Made by a program: the position numbers and the translations under genes | Shown here: positions 52,579 through 62,580 of the stretch, piece after piece | Layout of the letters: every line of letters begins with the position of its first letter | How positions within the stretch are numbered: position 1 is the stretch's first letter | Notes under the pieces: generated by a model | What the model was told of the DNA's origin: nothing | Databases searched by the model: none | The model's input: only the letters and a program-made list of their open reading frames with translations | Assembly: GCA_963674965.2 (NCBI GenBank) | Contig: CAXXFL010000001.1 | Coordinates: 960,001 to 1,024,000 of the forward strand | Direction of reading: 5' to 3' | DNA: 64,000 nt | Origin: a bacterium | GTDB lineage: Bacteria; RBG-13-61-14; DATKZS01

Positions 52579-53531
52579 ATCCAGGCCATGATTTGATGGG
52601 CATTATTCTAGCCGCGGGCAAGGGCGCCCGGATGTACCCTTTCAGCGAGAGGATGCCCAAGTCCCTTCTTCCCATCCTCAACCGACCCCTTCTCGCTCAC
52701 CAACTCGACAGGATGTCCGAGTTGGGAATAAAAAAGGTCCTTATAGTAATCGGGCACTATGGTTTCGAGATCGTCTCTCGGATAGGGGACGGCTCTGATT
52801 GGGGCGTCGAGATCGAGTACATGGACCAGCAGGAAACCCTGGGCATAGCCCACGCCCTGGGCAAGCTAGAGCCTAGGGTGGACCGGCCCTTTTTGCTATT
52901 CCTGGGCGACATCTTTTTTCACTCGACCGACGGGCTCCAAAGCATGATAAGCCCGGTGCTGGAGGGCAAGGCCAACGGGGTCCTGGCGGCCAAGCGCGAG
53001 GAAGACGTGGAGGCGGTCAAGCGCAACTTCGCGATTATCGCGGACGATGACGGCCTTGTCTCGCGGGTGGTGGAAAAGCCGCGTCATTCGAAGACCAACC
53101 TCAAGGGCTGCGGCCTTTACGCCTTTGACCTCCACGTTTTCGACGCGGTAAGAAGGACCCCCCGCACGGCGGCGCGCGACGAGTACGAGATCACCGACTC
53201 GATCGACCTTTTCATCAAGGACGGCTACCGGGTCGAGGTCCGCGAGACCATCGAGTACGACGTGAACCTGACCTTCCCGGAGGACGTATTGAAGGTCAAC
53301 CAGCGCGAGCTTTCGAGGCTTGGAAAAAAGTCGATCGTGGGCCAGGGTTTTTCGGGCCCTCCACTCGAGTCTATCGAGAGGTCCGTTATCGGCTCCAACG
53401 TCAGCCTGCCGGAGACGATCAAGGTGAAAGACGCGGTTATTTTCGACAAGGTTAAGATCGGGGCCGGAAGAGATATATCTTCCATGATAGTGACGCCAGG
53501 CGGACGCGTGTCGCTTTCGGTTGACTCCTGA
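52575..53531 (+). CDS. Sugar-1-phosphate nucleotidyltransferase (RmlA/GraD-like)
   Basis: ILAAGKGARM.P....PKSLLP, Q..LGIAHA, LGD, VEKP, EYEITD. Confidence 0.88.
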   Translation: MNPGHDLMGIILAAGKGARMYPFSERMPKSLLPILNRPLLAHQLDRMSELGIKKVLIVIGHYGFEIVSRIGDGSDWGVEIEYMDQQETLGIAHALGKLEPRVDRPFLLFLGDIFFHSTDGLQSMISPVLEGKANGVLAAKREEDVEAVKRNFAIIADDDGLVSRVVEKPRHSKTNLKGCGLYAFDLHVFDAVRRTPRTAARDEYEITDSIDLFIKDGYRVEVRETIEYDVNLTFPEDVLKVNQRELSRLGKKSIVGQGFSGPPLESIERSVIGSNVSLPETIKVKDAVIFDKVKIGAGRDISSMIVTPGGRVSLSVDS

Positions 53532-53675
53532 GGGGGGGGGCGTAGGTCCACGCCGTGTCCCACCGACCGCGTCATTTTTCCCGGGCGCGGGTCAAACCGT
53601 GCTAACATAATAGACTGGTTCAAGTTTGTCTCGCGGCGGCCGGATACCCGTTCAGCGGCGAGTAAGGATTTTTCC

Positions 53676-56600
53676 ATGGCCAGTGGCCCACGCGAAAAGA
53701 ACGGTCCGGATAACCTCGAGGGACCGGGTAAATCGGCGGCCGATCTCGAAAGAGAAATCGAGAGGCTCGCGGCCGAGAACGAGCGTCTGCAAAATTCCCT
53801 GAATAAATACAAAAGGATTTTCGAGTCTTCTCCCGACGCCATAGCCCTGGTAGGGCTGGACGGGACCATAATCGAGTATAACTCGAGCGTTACCAAAGTG
53901 TCCGGGTTGCCAAAAGATGAAGTGATCGGAAAGAAGTTTCATGAACTGAGCTTCATGCGGGGAAGAGACCTTTCGGAATTCGCCGGTTTTTTCCAGACCC
54001 TGGCCGCGGGCGGCGAGTTGTCCCCAATGGTCCTGGAATTCGAGTCCTATGATGGCAGGACAAGATACCTCGATATTTACGCCTCGCTACTGAAAAGGGA
54101 CGGCGCGCCCGAGGCCATACTGGTATCGACAAGGGACGTTACCGAGCGCGTCGAGGCTGAAAACGCCCTTAAGGAAAGCGAGTCCAAATACCGGTTCCTG
54201 GCCGACAACGTGCTTGACGTTATCTGGACGGCGAACAATGACATGCGCTTCACCTACGTTAGTCCATCCTTCCAGCGCGTTCTCGGTTATTCCCCCCAGG
54301 AGGCCTTGGGAAAGCCGGTGATGGCTTTCTTCTCGCCCGAGTCCATGGAGCGCATGGCGGGTCAGTGCTCGAGGATGGGCGATTATTTAAAGGGCGAGGA
54401 CCCCGAGGCTCCCCGCTTCCACGTCCAGGAGGTCGAGCAGATAAGAAAGGACGGCGGCCAGGTCTGGACCGAGATTCATTGCCGTCTTCTCGACGGGGAG
54501 GACGGGCTCCCCCTTGGCGTGATAGGCGTAACTCGGGATTTGACGGATCGGAAAAGGACCCTCGAGGAAATACGGGAGCTCAACGAGCATTTTTCCAAGG
54601 CCTTCGAGGTCAACCCCGTTCCCATGATGCTGTGCACTCTGAGCGGAGGGCATCTCTTCGAGGTCAACACCTCCTTTCTTCAGACGCTCGAGCTTACCAG
54701 AGATGAGACCCTGGGCAGAACGGGACCGGAACTTGGACTTTTCTCTGGCGAACAATGGGATTGGTTCGTCTCTCTTATCAAGCGGGACCGACTGATTGAC
54801 AATCTGAGGATGAACCTTCGCTCCTCGCGGGGGCGTGAGATCGAGGGCCTTTGCACCGCGACCCTGGTCACCATCGGGGGACACGAGTGCGTCCTGGCCG
54901 CCTTCGTGAACATCACCGACCAGAAAAAAGCGGAAAAGGAACTAAGGGAAAACCAGATGAGGTCCGAGATGGCCCTCGAGGGCGCCGAACTTGGGGCCTG
55001 GGACTACGATATAGCGGCCGAGGAAATAATCTTGAACGAGCGCTTCGCCGCCAGTCTTGGTTATACGTCCTCGGAAATAGCCGGCCATCCCAGCAAGTGG
55101 GCGGCCCGCGTCTATCTGGACGACATTCCCGTTGTCGCCGAGGCGCTCAGGAAGCACATCGAGGGAGAGGCCCCCTTTTACGAGTCCGAGTTCAGGTTCC
55201 GGCTTCCAAGCGGCGAATATACGTGGCTGGCGAGCCGGGGAAAAATCTTCAAGCGCGACTCGATGGGAAGGCCGCTCAGACTGACGGGCACCCACCAGGA
55301 CGTCTCGAAAAGAAAAACCGCCGAGGAGGCCCTTTCCTGGGAGGCTTCCACCAACGCGGCGCTGGCCGAGCTGTCCGAGGCCCTCCTTTCCTCGGCCTCC
55401 ATCGAGGAGGTGTCTGAGCTGATTTTGGCCAAGGCGAAATCACTGACCAAAAGCGCCCTGGGTTTCGTGGGCTACGTTTCTCCCGCCACCGGATGGCTCG
55501 TTTGCCCCGCCATAGATATCAACGCCGGGCCCGAGGCCGCTCGGCGCGAGGGCGGCCTGATATTGAAAGACCGGAAGGGCCTGTGGGGCTGGGTATTGAG
55601 TAACCGCAAACCCATCCTTACCAACGACGCTCAAAGCGACCCCAGGGCCGCTGGCCTGCCGGCCGGACACGTTCCGGTCGAAAGGTTCCTTTCCGCGCCG
55701 GCGGTGATCGGCGGGGCTCTGGTGGGGCAGATAGCGCTGGGAAACTCCACGCGCGCCTATGCCGAGCGCGACCTCACTTTCGTGCAGCGGCTGGCCTCGA
55801 CTTACGCGCTGGCGGTACAGCGCATGAGAAGCGACCAGGCCCTTCGCGAGAGTGAGGGCAAACTGCGCCGCGCCCAGTCCGTGGCCAATATCGGGAACTG
55901 GGAACTCGATCTTCACACCCGCCAGATATGGGGGTCGGAGGAAGCCTTCAAGATTTACGGCTTTCCCCGTCTTTCTCCAAGCAGGTCCTACGTGGAGGTA
56001 ATGGACCGGATTGTTCCCGAGGACAGGGAAAGGGTCGAGCGGTCGCTGGCTGAGATAATCGCCAACGGTCAAATGAGGAGCGATACGTTCAAGATCGCGC
56101 GGGAAACCGACGGCGAGGAGAGGACGGTCAACTCCATCGGGGCCATGATACGGGACGAGCGCGGTGAGCCGATCAAAATAGCCGGCACCATTCAGGACAT
56201 CACCGAGCGGACCCGCCTCGAGGCCCAGCTCCGGCAGGCGCTGAAAATGGAGTCCATCGGCCAGCTCGCGGGCGGCGTGGCGCACGACTTCAACAACCTG
56301 CTCTCGCCCATCCTGGGCTTCGCCGAGATGGGCCTTATGCTGGCGGGAAAGAACAACCAGGTCTACGAGTATCTGACCCAGATAAGAGACGCGGCCGAGC
56401 GGGCGGCGGGTCTCACCCGGCAGCTTCTCGCTTTTTCCCGCAAGCAGGAGCTCGACTTCAAGGTGCTGGACCTTCGGCTGCTGGTCAGGGACATGGAAAA
56501 GATGCTCCGCCGCCTGATCGGTGAGGACATCGAGCTCGAGGTCAAGGTCGCCAAGGACCTCAGTCCGGTCAAGGCGGACCCGGTCCAGATAGACCAGATT

Positions 56601-57371
56601 CTTATCAACCTGGCCGCCAACGCCCGCGACTCGATCAAGAGCGTGGGCAAGCTGACCGTCGAGCTCGGCAATTATGAGGCGGGAGAATCGGGACCCTCCT
56701 CCGACCCCGACCTGCCGGCGGGGGACTTTATATTGTTGACGGTCAGCGACTCGGGCGCGGGGATGAGCGCCGATACCAAGGCCCGCATCTTCGATCCATT
56801 TTTCACCACCAAGGAGGACGGCAAAGGCACGGGCCTGGGGTTGGCCACCGTCTATGGCATAGTCAAGCAGCACGGCGGCGCCATATCCGTGGATAGCGAG
56901 CCGGGAAGAGGCGCGACCTTCAAAATTTTTCTTCCCGCGGCTTCTCCCGAGCGGCCCGAGTCAGGCAAGGGCCGCGTCGCCTTCTTCGAGATGGCGGCGG
57001 GCGCCGCGGTCCTGATCGCGGAGGACGACCATATGGTAAGGCACATGGTGTCGGACGTTCTCGGGCTTCACGGGTTCAACGTCCTGGTCTCGGACGACGT
57101 GGACCACGCCATCAGGCTGGCCCGGGAATGGAAAGGCGAAATCGACCTTCTAATAACCGACGTGATCATGCCCAAGATGAACGGAAAGGAACTGTGCGAG
57201 CGAGTGATGAAGCTCCGGCCCGGGATCAAGACCCTTTACATGTCCGGATACACCGACGACATTATCGAGCAGCAGGGCGTAATAAGGAGCGGCCATTTCT
57301 TCCTGCAAAAGCCCTTCACCGTTACCGACCTCCTGGACAAGGTCAAGTCCGTTCTCGACTCCGATAAATAA
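53676..57371 (+). CDS. Hybrid sensor histidine kinase/response regulator with multiple PAS domains and a GAF domain
   Basis: Repeated PAS/PAC ends (RDVTER, RDLTDR, NITDQK, QDVSKR, QDITER); [12 protein letters not shown]-box; PFFTTK, GTGLGL; C-terminal REC (EDD, TDVIMP, KPF). Confidence 0.95.
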   Translation: MASGPREKNGPDNLEGPGKSAADLEREIERLAAENERLQNSLNKYKRIFESSPDAIALVGLDGTIIEYNSSVTKVSGLPKDEVIGKKFHELSFMRGRDLSEFAGFFQTLAAGGELSPMVLEFESYDGRTRYLDIYASLLKRDGAPEAILVSTRDVTERVEAENALKESESKYRFLADNVLDVIWTANNDMRFTYVSPSFQRVLGYSPQEALGKPVMAFFSPESMERMAGQCSRMGDYLKGEDPEAPRFHVQEVEQIRKDGGQVWTEIHCRLLDGEDGLPLGVIGVTRDLTDRKRTLEEIRELNEHFSKAFEVNPVPMMLCTLSGGHLFEVNTSFLQTLELTRDETLGRTGPELGLFSGEQWDWFVSLIKRDRLIDNLRMNLRSSRGREIEGLCTATLVTIGGHECVLAAFVNITDQKKAEKELRENQMRSEMALEGAELGAWDYDIAAEEIILNERFAASLGYTSSEIAGHPSKWAARVYLDDIPVVAEALRKHIEGEAPFYESEFRFRLPSGEYTWLASRGKIFKRDSMGRPLRLTGTHQDVSKRKTAEEALSWEASTNAALAELSEALLSSASIEEVSELILAKAKSLTKSALGFVGYVSPATGWLVCPAIDINAGPEAARREGGLILKDRKGLWGWVLSNRKPILTNDAQSDPRAAGLPAGHVPVERFLSAPAVIGGALVGQIALGNSTRAYAERDLTFVQRLASTYALAVQRMRSDQALRESEGKLRRAQSVANIGNWELDLHTRQIWGSEEAFKIYGFPRLSPSRSYVEVMDRIVPEDRERVERSLAEIIANGQMRSDTFKIARETDGEERTVNSIGAMIRDERGEPIKIAGTIQDITERTRLEAQLRQALKMESIGQLAGGVAHDFNNLLSPILGFAEMGLMLAGKNNQVYEYLTQIRDAAERAAGLTRQLLAFSRKQELDFKVLDLRLLVRDMEKMLRRLIGEDIELEVKVAKDLSPVKADPVQIDQILINLAANARDSIKSVGKLTVELGNYEAGESGPSSDPDLPAGDFILLTVSDSGAGMSADTKARIFDPFFTTKEDGKGTGLGLATVYGIVKQHGGAISVDSEPGRGATFKIFLPAASPERPESGKGRVAFFEMAAGAAVLIAEDDHMVRHMVSDVLGLHGFNVLVSDDVDHAIRLAREWKGEIDLLITDVIMPKMNGKELCERVMKLRPGIKTLYMSGYTDDIIEQQGVIRSGHFFLQKPFTVTDLLDKVKSVLDSDK

Positions 57372-57376
57372 TCGGC

Positions 57377-58333
57377 TTATTTTTCCCGGTCCCAGACCCT
57401 GCCCGCGGCCAGAAACAAGACCCCGAAAATCCATCTCAGCGCGGTCGAGGCGGCGGCCCATAATAAGGAATAAGCCAACAGGTTGGCGTCCGCGGCGCGT
57501 CCGTGAAAAAGCACCAGATAGGCGCCCTGGGCGGGTCCAATCCTTCCCGGCGTGGGAACGGCCGTCACCAGGCCCACGATGGGACCGAGCAAGGCCAGCT
57601 CCGACGCCTTGATATGAACGTCGGCCGAGGCCATGGCCAGTCCGGCGAAAAAAAGCCAAAGCACGATCTGTAATATTCGAAGACCCACGAAAAGAGCGTA
57701 ATCCGCCGGGCGGGCGCGGTCGAAGGCGACGTAGATTCCTCCCTTCAGCTTTTTGCGCAAGGAAAAATTCCAATCGGGAATCCAGAAAATAAGGGCCAGG
57801 GCAATAATCGGCCACGAGGCGATGATCCAGGTCACCGCTATTCTCCATTCAGGGCCCGCCACCAGCTCGGGGGTTACCAGTTCCTCGCGGAAAAACAAAA
57901 GAGCGATGGTGGGGAATACCAAGAGGGAGCATAGAGTACAGAACATCAGGAAAAGGATCGAGCCGCTTATTTCGATCAGGGGTTTGCCAAGGCGGCGGGA
58001 GGCCAGGTAAGCCATTCCGCCCTGCCCGTATAAAAAGCCCAGGGCCAAAAGAAGATATGACTCGCCCCTGGCCATTATTACCTGGCGGGCGTCGGCGGGA
58101 CCGTTGAACCTTTTGAATAAAGCGTGGTGCGTAAAAGAATCGAGGGCAAAGGTGCATAGGAGAAAGCCCAGGGCGGCTGACGCGAACCCGAGGGGCTCGA
58201 CCATCTTCACGGCCCGGATCACCTCCGGGAGAGGAACGCGGAGGAAAATCCATCCAAGCGAAAAGATCGCCAAGGCCCACATCGCGGCCCTGACGATCCT
58301 GTTTTTCTTTTTTTCCCCGGCCGGCTCGGTCAT
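57377..58333 (-). CDS. Lysylphosphatidylglycerol-synthase-TM (flippase-like) membrane protein
   Basis: About 8 hydrophobic helices; VPTPGRIG..QG motif resembling the P.TPGG.G..E motif of this family. Confidence 0.62.
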   Translation of the reverse strand: MTEPAGEKKKNRIVRAAMWALAIFSLGWIFLRVPLPEVIRAVKMVEPLGFASAALGFLLCTFALDSFTHHALFKRFNGPADARQVIMARGESYLLLALGFLYGQGGMAYLASRRLGKPLIEISGSILFLMFCTLCSLLVFPTIALLFFREELVTPELVAGPEWRIAVTWIIASWPIIALALIFWIPDWNFSLRKKLKGGIYVAFDRARPADYALFVGLRILQIVLWLFFAGLAMASADVHIKASELALLGPIVGLVTAVPTPGRIGPAQGAYLVLFHGRAADANLLAYSLLWAAASTALRWIFGVLFLAAGRVWDREK

Positions 58334-58358
58334 ATATATTCCTGAAAGGAGCGCGGCC

Positions 58359-60035
58359 CTAGGCAGGGTTCGAGAACCACTCGGGGACCGCGTCCTGCAC
58401 CGCCAGCACGATGTCCATGTCGTGCTCGCCCATGGCGCCGCGCGCGATAAGCGACTCGACCGTCTTCATCAGCACCACCATCTTGGCCTCCGTGTGAATG
58501 ATGGCCGGATAATACTCGTTGACGAAAAACTGCTTGAGCCGGAACCGGCCGCGCTCGTCCTGGGCCATTTCCTTTATCTTGGCTTCGGTTTCCTTTTTGG
58601 AGAGGCCCTGGAGGTCTCTCTTGGGGGAGGCCATGCGGGAGGAAACGTCGCCTACTCCTTTTTTGCATTTAAAGGTCAATTGCCAGTGCTCGGTGACGCC
58701 CAGAGAATTTATGGCCAGGGTATTGGTGGTGATAATACCCTTCTCTCGGTCGACCTTGACCCCCTCGAGCTGCGGCAGGTAGACGTTGTCGGAGATGGCC
58801 GAGAAAGCGCTCAACCCCCCGGCAAATGGACGCTCGAGAATGTCCTCGATGGTGAAGAAGGGCTTCTGCTCGAAACGGGCGTCCTGGATGAGCATGAGCT
58901 CGTCCTCCGTGTAATGGAAGCGCTCGGCCCAAAGCTCCTCCGCGCTGAGGTCCTTGCGCGTAAGAGAGCTCTGGCTCGTCAGCATGCCCAGGGCCTTGCC
59001 GCCGCGCCAAACCAGGGGCAACACGCCGATGGCCCACTCGGCGGACCCGCCTATCTCGCCGATGAGACTGTTCAAGGGACGGCCGTCGGGGAACTTGAGC
59101 CCCTCCACGCCGAGAAGGAGGGAGGGAAAGAGGTCCCCGTCCTTGTCGTAAGGAGTGGCCACTCCCATCTCGTTGAGCTGGGCCATGGGAGGCTCGTGAC
59201 GCTTTCTGTCAATGAAGAAGGCCGTCAATTCCTTGAAGTCCTTCATACCGTAGGCCCCGGCGATGATCTCGACTTCCTCTTTAAGGTCGGTGGCGCGGGG
59301 GTTGAAGTCGGGAAAGGGGGCCCCCGCCATCCAGCGCTCGACGTAAATGTCCGGCAAGTGGCGCTTGACGCCCGACTCGGTCACGAACAGGGTAGTAAGA
59401 GAGCTGTGCAGCCCTTTAACCGACTTGGTCGTGCCCTCGACCACGTCCGAGCCCATGCTGAGCATGTTGATCTCCTTGCTCAGGCCGCGGCCGTAGGTGC
59501 GGCAATGCTCCTCTTTGCCGTACAGCGCGCCCACCGGGATGGTGGGATTGCCGCCGGGCTCGACGCCGGGCTTGACCCTCACCCCCTCCGTGATGGCGCT
59601 CTCGATGATGACCTCCTCCCCCACGTCGAAGGTCTCGGTCGATATCTGAAGGACCTCGGCCATCACCTGGGCCGATATGCGGTCGTTCATGCGCTTTAGA
59701 GAGTTGATCTTCTCCTTGGTCTGGAGTTCCTCCGGCACCTTGTTAAGAGAGCCGAAGCCGTGAAGCACCACGGCGGCCGCGGGCAGGGCCGCCGCCAGAA
59801 TAACCGACTGGCGGAGCTGCTTGCTCCTGAAGGCCCCAAGGTTGGATTTGCCGTTTACCCGATCGTCGATGATGAAGACCGTCCCGGACTCCAGCTCGAG
59901 ACCGTAAAATTCCATGACCTCCTTATGACGCAGATTGAAAGTGGAAACCTTGCCCTTCCCCATTACCACCGGGTCGTGACGACCCGAGTAAGAGGGCCGC
60001 TGGTCGGCAACGTTGTACCTGAGTGGACTGCTCAT
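58359..60035 (-). CDS. glpX: Class II fructose-1,6-bisphosphatase (GlpX-like) with N- and C-terminal extensions
   Basis: TEG, DVVEGT, PDIY, DRKRH, DGDL and IGGSAE align in order with GlpX motifs GEG, DPxEGT, PDxY, RxRH, DGDV and GGxPE. Confidence 0.7.
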   Translation of the reverse strand: MSSPLRYNVADQRPSYSGRHDPVVMGKGKVSTFNLRHKEVMEFYGLELESGTVFIIDDRVNGKSNLGAFRSKQLRQSVILAAALPAAAVVLHGFGSLNKVPEELQTKEKINSLKRMNDRISAQVMAEVLQISTETFDVGEEVIIESAITEGVRVKPGVEPGGNPTIPVGALYGKEEHCRTYGRGLSKEINMLSMGSDVVEGTTKSVKGLHSSLTTLFVTESGVKRHLPDIYVERWMAGAPFPDFNPRATDLKEEVEIIAGAYGMKDFKELTAFFIDRKRHEPPMAQLNEMGVATPYDKDGDLFPSLLLGVEGLKFPDGRPLNSLIGEIGGSAEWAIGVLPLVWRGGKALGMLTSQSSLTRKDLSAEELWAERFHYTEDELMLIQDARFEQKPFFTIEDILERPFAGGLSAFSAISDNVYLPQLEGVKVDREKGIITTNTLAINSLGVTEHWQLTFKCKKGVGDVSSRMASPKRDLQGLSKKETEAKIKEMAQDERGRFRLKQFFVNEYYPAIIHTEAKMVVLMKTVESLIARGAMGEHDMDIVLAVQDAVPEWFSNPA

Positions 60036-60135
60036 CTTAACTCCTCCCCTATGAGTTTTTTGACCGATACTACTCCACGGTAAACATCATATCCTAACGG
60101 AGGCTTCCCGCAAACATTAAACAAAGGCCCGTCCT

Positions 60136-62424
60136 TCATCTCGGAAGCTCACGGAGCGACCGGGTGATGAAATCGTCGAGCACGTTTCTCGACCCCGACC
60201 GGATTCCGATAAGGGAATAGGTAATGTCCGCCCGCTCGTCGGCCACCAGCCAGGGAATGACCCGGGCCCGGGTCTGAAGCTCGATGATCTCCGTCCTTTT
60301 AGCGGCGCTGACCTCGGGAAGCGGGTTTTCAAGGACCTCGAGGCATAAAAGTCCCGCGCGACCGTAATAGGAAAGCTTTTGAGAGGCCGGTCTCAGTTCA
60401 TCGACCAGCCGCGGGTCGTCCACCTTGGACTCCAGTTCCTCGGGGTTTTTCGCGTAAAGATCGAGCAGGACCGCCAGTTTTTTCCTGGCCTCCTTGCCGT
60501 TCCCCCGGCGGCGTTCCTCCCAGTACGCCTGGACGGCCTGGTACACGGGAGTCTGCTCGACGCTCAGGGACTCGATGGCCGGATGGGAAATAAGACAATC
60601 CGAGATGGCCTTGAGAGGCGCGTAGCCGGTCTCTCCACCTAAAATTTTAAGCCCCTCCTCATAGGACGCCCACGGGTCGTAGGAAGCCGAGGTCATATAC
60701 TCTCCGGCCGTGTAAAGCGAGATTTTACTGGCGTTGGGAAGATACATGGGATTTAGAAAGATTCCCGAGACGTCCTTTTCCAGGTCCTCGGACCCGCCCA
60801 AATAGGGCCCGGTGAAAATATTGAAGCGAAGAACGCCGTCGTTCGCCGGGTAATTGTCCCAGATCATTATTTGCCGCCCCAGGGTCTCTTTAAGGTCACG
60901 AATCGCTTCCCTGTCGGCCTTGCTCGAGAACACCTCGCCCGGACCGGTCCACATGACCGTAACCTCGGGATGGACCGACTTGATGGCCTCGAGGTAGGCC
61001 GCCCTGGAGGAGTCCCTGGTGAGGAACATGCTGAATGAGCGAGAAAAAACCGTGGGAACGAAAATAAACCTTACCTTTTCCTCCTTGATCGAGAACCAGC
61101 GCAAAACGTCGTTGACAAGGCGGGCCTGCCCCTCAGCCAGGTTTTGAATGCCGGTCCCGGCCGCGGGAACGTCGTCGAACAAAAGAGCGAAGTTCCTTAC
61201 GCCCACGCCGTAGAGAGTATCGAGCTTTTGCTCGACGGCCGCGGCCTCGGCCGGGTCGCGGGGGTTCAGGTCAATGCCCGGCGACAGGCCGTAGATAAAG
61301 GTTATTTGGCGGGCCTTGCAGGCGTTCAATAGTTCCTTGAAGTTTTCAAGTTCCTTTTCCGGGTAGGGCCTTCTCCACCATTGGCGGAGGTAAGGGTCCA
61401 TTTTCGGGGCGTAAAGATAACGGTTGAAGCCCGCGTCCTCCATAAAGGAGATCATCCTCAGCCTCTCCTGATGAGGCCAGGGATCGTTATAGAACCCCTC
61501 GATTACTCCCCTTGCCTCGAAGCGGGCCTCGGCCTCGCCGGGAAGCGTGCTCGTCATGGCCGGGACCGGCTCCGACCGAGCCCCACCAAAGCTCTCGGCC
61601 ACCAGGAGGTAATGATATTCCTGGCCGGGCTCGAGGCCCCGGTCCAAGATGGAAAAGCGGTCTACCTCCGCCACCAGAAACTCGGGAGATATCCTGGGAG
61701 GCCCTCCCTCGTTTCGGTATAATAGGTACAGGTAAGGGGCTTCCCCTTCAGGGGCGGACCATTTCAGGGATATGGCCCCATCGCCGGCCGGAGCGGCCTC
61801 GAGGCCCTCCGGCGCCGCGGGAGCCTCTGACCCGGAATCGCCCAGGACCGCCAGGTCCACGATGGAAATGGAGGCGGGCTTATCGAGGGCGGCCTCGACG
61901 CGGATGGAGTTGACGGCCAAGGGCGGGTTGAAATCGATAGTCTCGGGTTTGCCCGTGACCGCGTCCGATGAATGCAGGGGTCTCCAGTAGTCTCCGTCGC
62001 AGGTGACCATGATTTTATAGGAGGATGGAAAGTCCTTGCCCCAGTCGATTTCCATGCCCGAGAGGTTTATCCTTTCCCTCATCCGGTTTCCGAGCTCGAG
62101 CCTGATCCAGTGCAGGTCCGATTCCTCGGAAGCCCAAAAGGTCAGCGGGCTTCCATCGATGGCGTAACGCTCATCCATTCTAGGCCGGGTTTGGGGTATG
62201 GTCTGGAAGACTCCTTCCGTGATGGAGGATCCCCTTGCCATTTCGTTCATCCTGGCCAGACGCCTGCTGGAGGCGAGGACCCTGGCCCATCGGGCCCTGT
62301 TCGGACTTTTCGCCGAGGAGTCCCCGGGGCTTTCATTCTGGCCGTGGGCCGTTGAAAAACAAATGATGGCCAAGGCCGCCGTAGCCGCGGCGGCTTTCAA
62401 TGAGCTTAAAGCTTTTTTATTCAT
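60136..62424 (-). CDS. GH84 beta-N-acetylglucosaminidase with F5/8 type C (CBM32-like) and Fn3 domains, secreted
   Basis: GVIEGFYNDPW, YAPKMDPY, LSPG, LFDD catalytic pair, WTG, WDNYPAND, NPM; AIDG...W discoidin motif; signal peptide. Confidence 0.9.
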   Translation of the reverse strand: MNKKALSSLKAAAATAALAIICFSTAHGQNESPGDSSAKSPNRARWARVLASSRRLARMNEMARGSSITEGVFQTIPQTRPRMDERYAIDGSPLTFWASEESDLHWIRLELGNRMRERINLSGMEIDWGKDFPSSYKIMVTCDGDYWRPLHSSDAVTGKPETIDFNPPLAVNSIRVEAALDKPASISIVDLAVLGDSGSEAPAAPEGLEAAPAGDGAISLKWSAPEGEAPYLYLLYRNEGGPPRISPEFLVAEVDRFSILDRGLEPGQEYHYLLVAESFGGARSEPVPAMTSTLPGEAEARFEARGVIEGFYNDPWPHQERLRMISFMEDAGFNRYLYAPKMDPYLRQWWRRPYPEKELENFKELLNACKARQITFIYGLSPGIDLNPRDPAEAAAVEQKLDTLYGVGVRNFALLFDDVPAAGTGIQNLAEGQARLVNDVLRWFSIKEEKVRFIFVPTVFSRSFSMFLTRDSSRAAYLEAIKSVHPEVTVMWTGPGEVFSSKADREAIRDLKETLGRQIMIWDNYPANDGVLRFNIFTGPYLGGSEDLEKDVSGIFLNPMYLPNASKISLYTAGEYMTSASYDPWASYEEGLKILGGETGYAPLKAISDCLISHPAIESLSVEQTPVYQAVQAYWEERRRGNGKEARKKLAVLLDLYAKNPEELESKVDDPRLVDELRPASQKLSYYGRAGLLCLEVLENPLPEVSAAKRTEIIELQTRARVIPWLVADERADITYSLIGIRSGSRNVLDDFITRSLRELPR

Positions 62425-62487
62425 TCTTTTCCAGATCCTTTTCTCGCTCGCCGCAAACGATCTTGTTGCTTGCGTGCCCCATTGGTC

Positions 62488-62516
62488 ATGATAAAAAAAC
62501 TGGCCGCCGTCGTCAA
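62488..62516 (-). promoter_or_regulatory. Sigma70 promoter of the GH84 gene
   Basis: Minus strand TTGACG (62516-62511), 17 nt, TATCAT (62493-62488). Confidence 0.7.
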
Positions 62517-62517
62517 C

Positions 62518-62577
62518 GGCGGGTTAACGTGGGGCGGGTTAACGTGGGGCGGGTTAACGTGGGGCGGGTTAACGTGG
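62518..62577. repeat. Perfect tandem repeat, 4 x GGCGGGTTAACGTGG (15 bp)
   Basis: Four exact copies starting at 62518, 62533, 62548 and 62563. Confidence 0.97.
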
Positions 62578-62580
62578 AGA

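Noticed and set aside
62518-62577. Possible CRISPR array
   Set aside because: Units are 15 bp and directly adjacent, with no spacers; no cas genes are present
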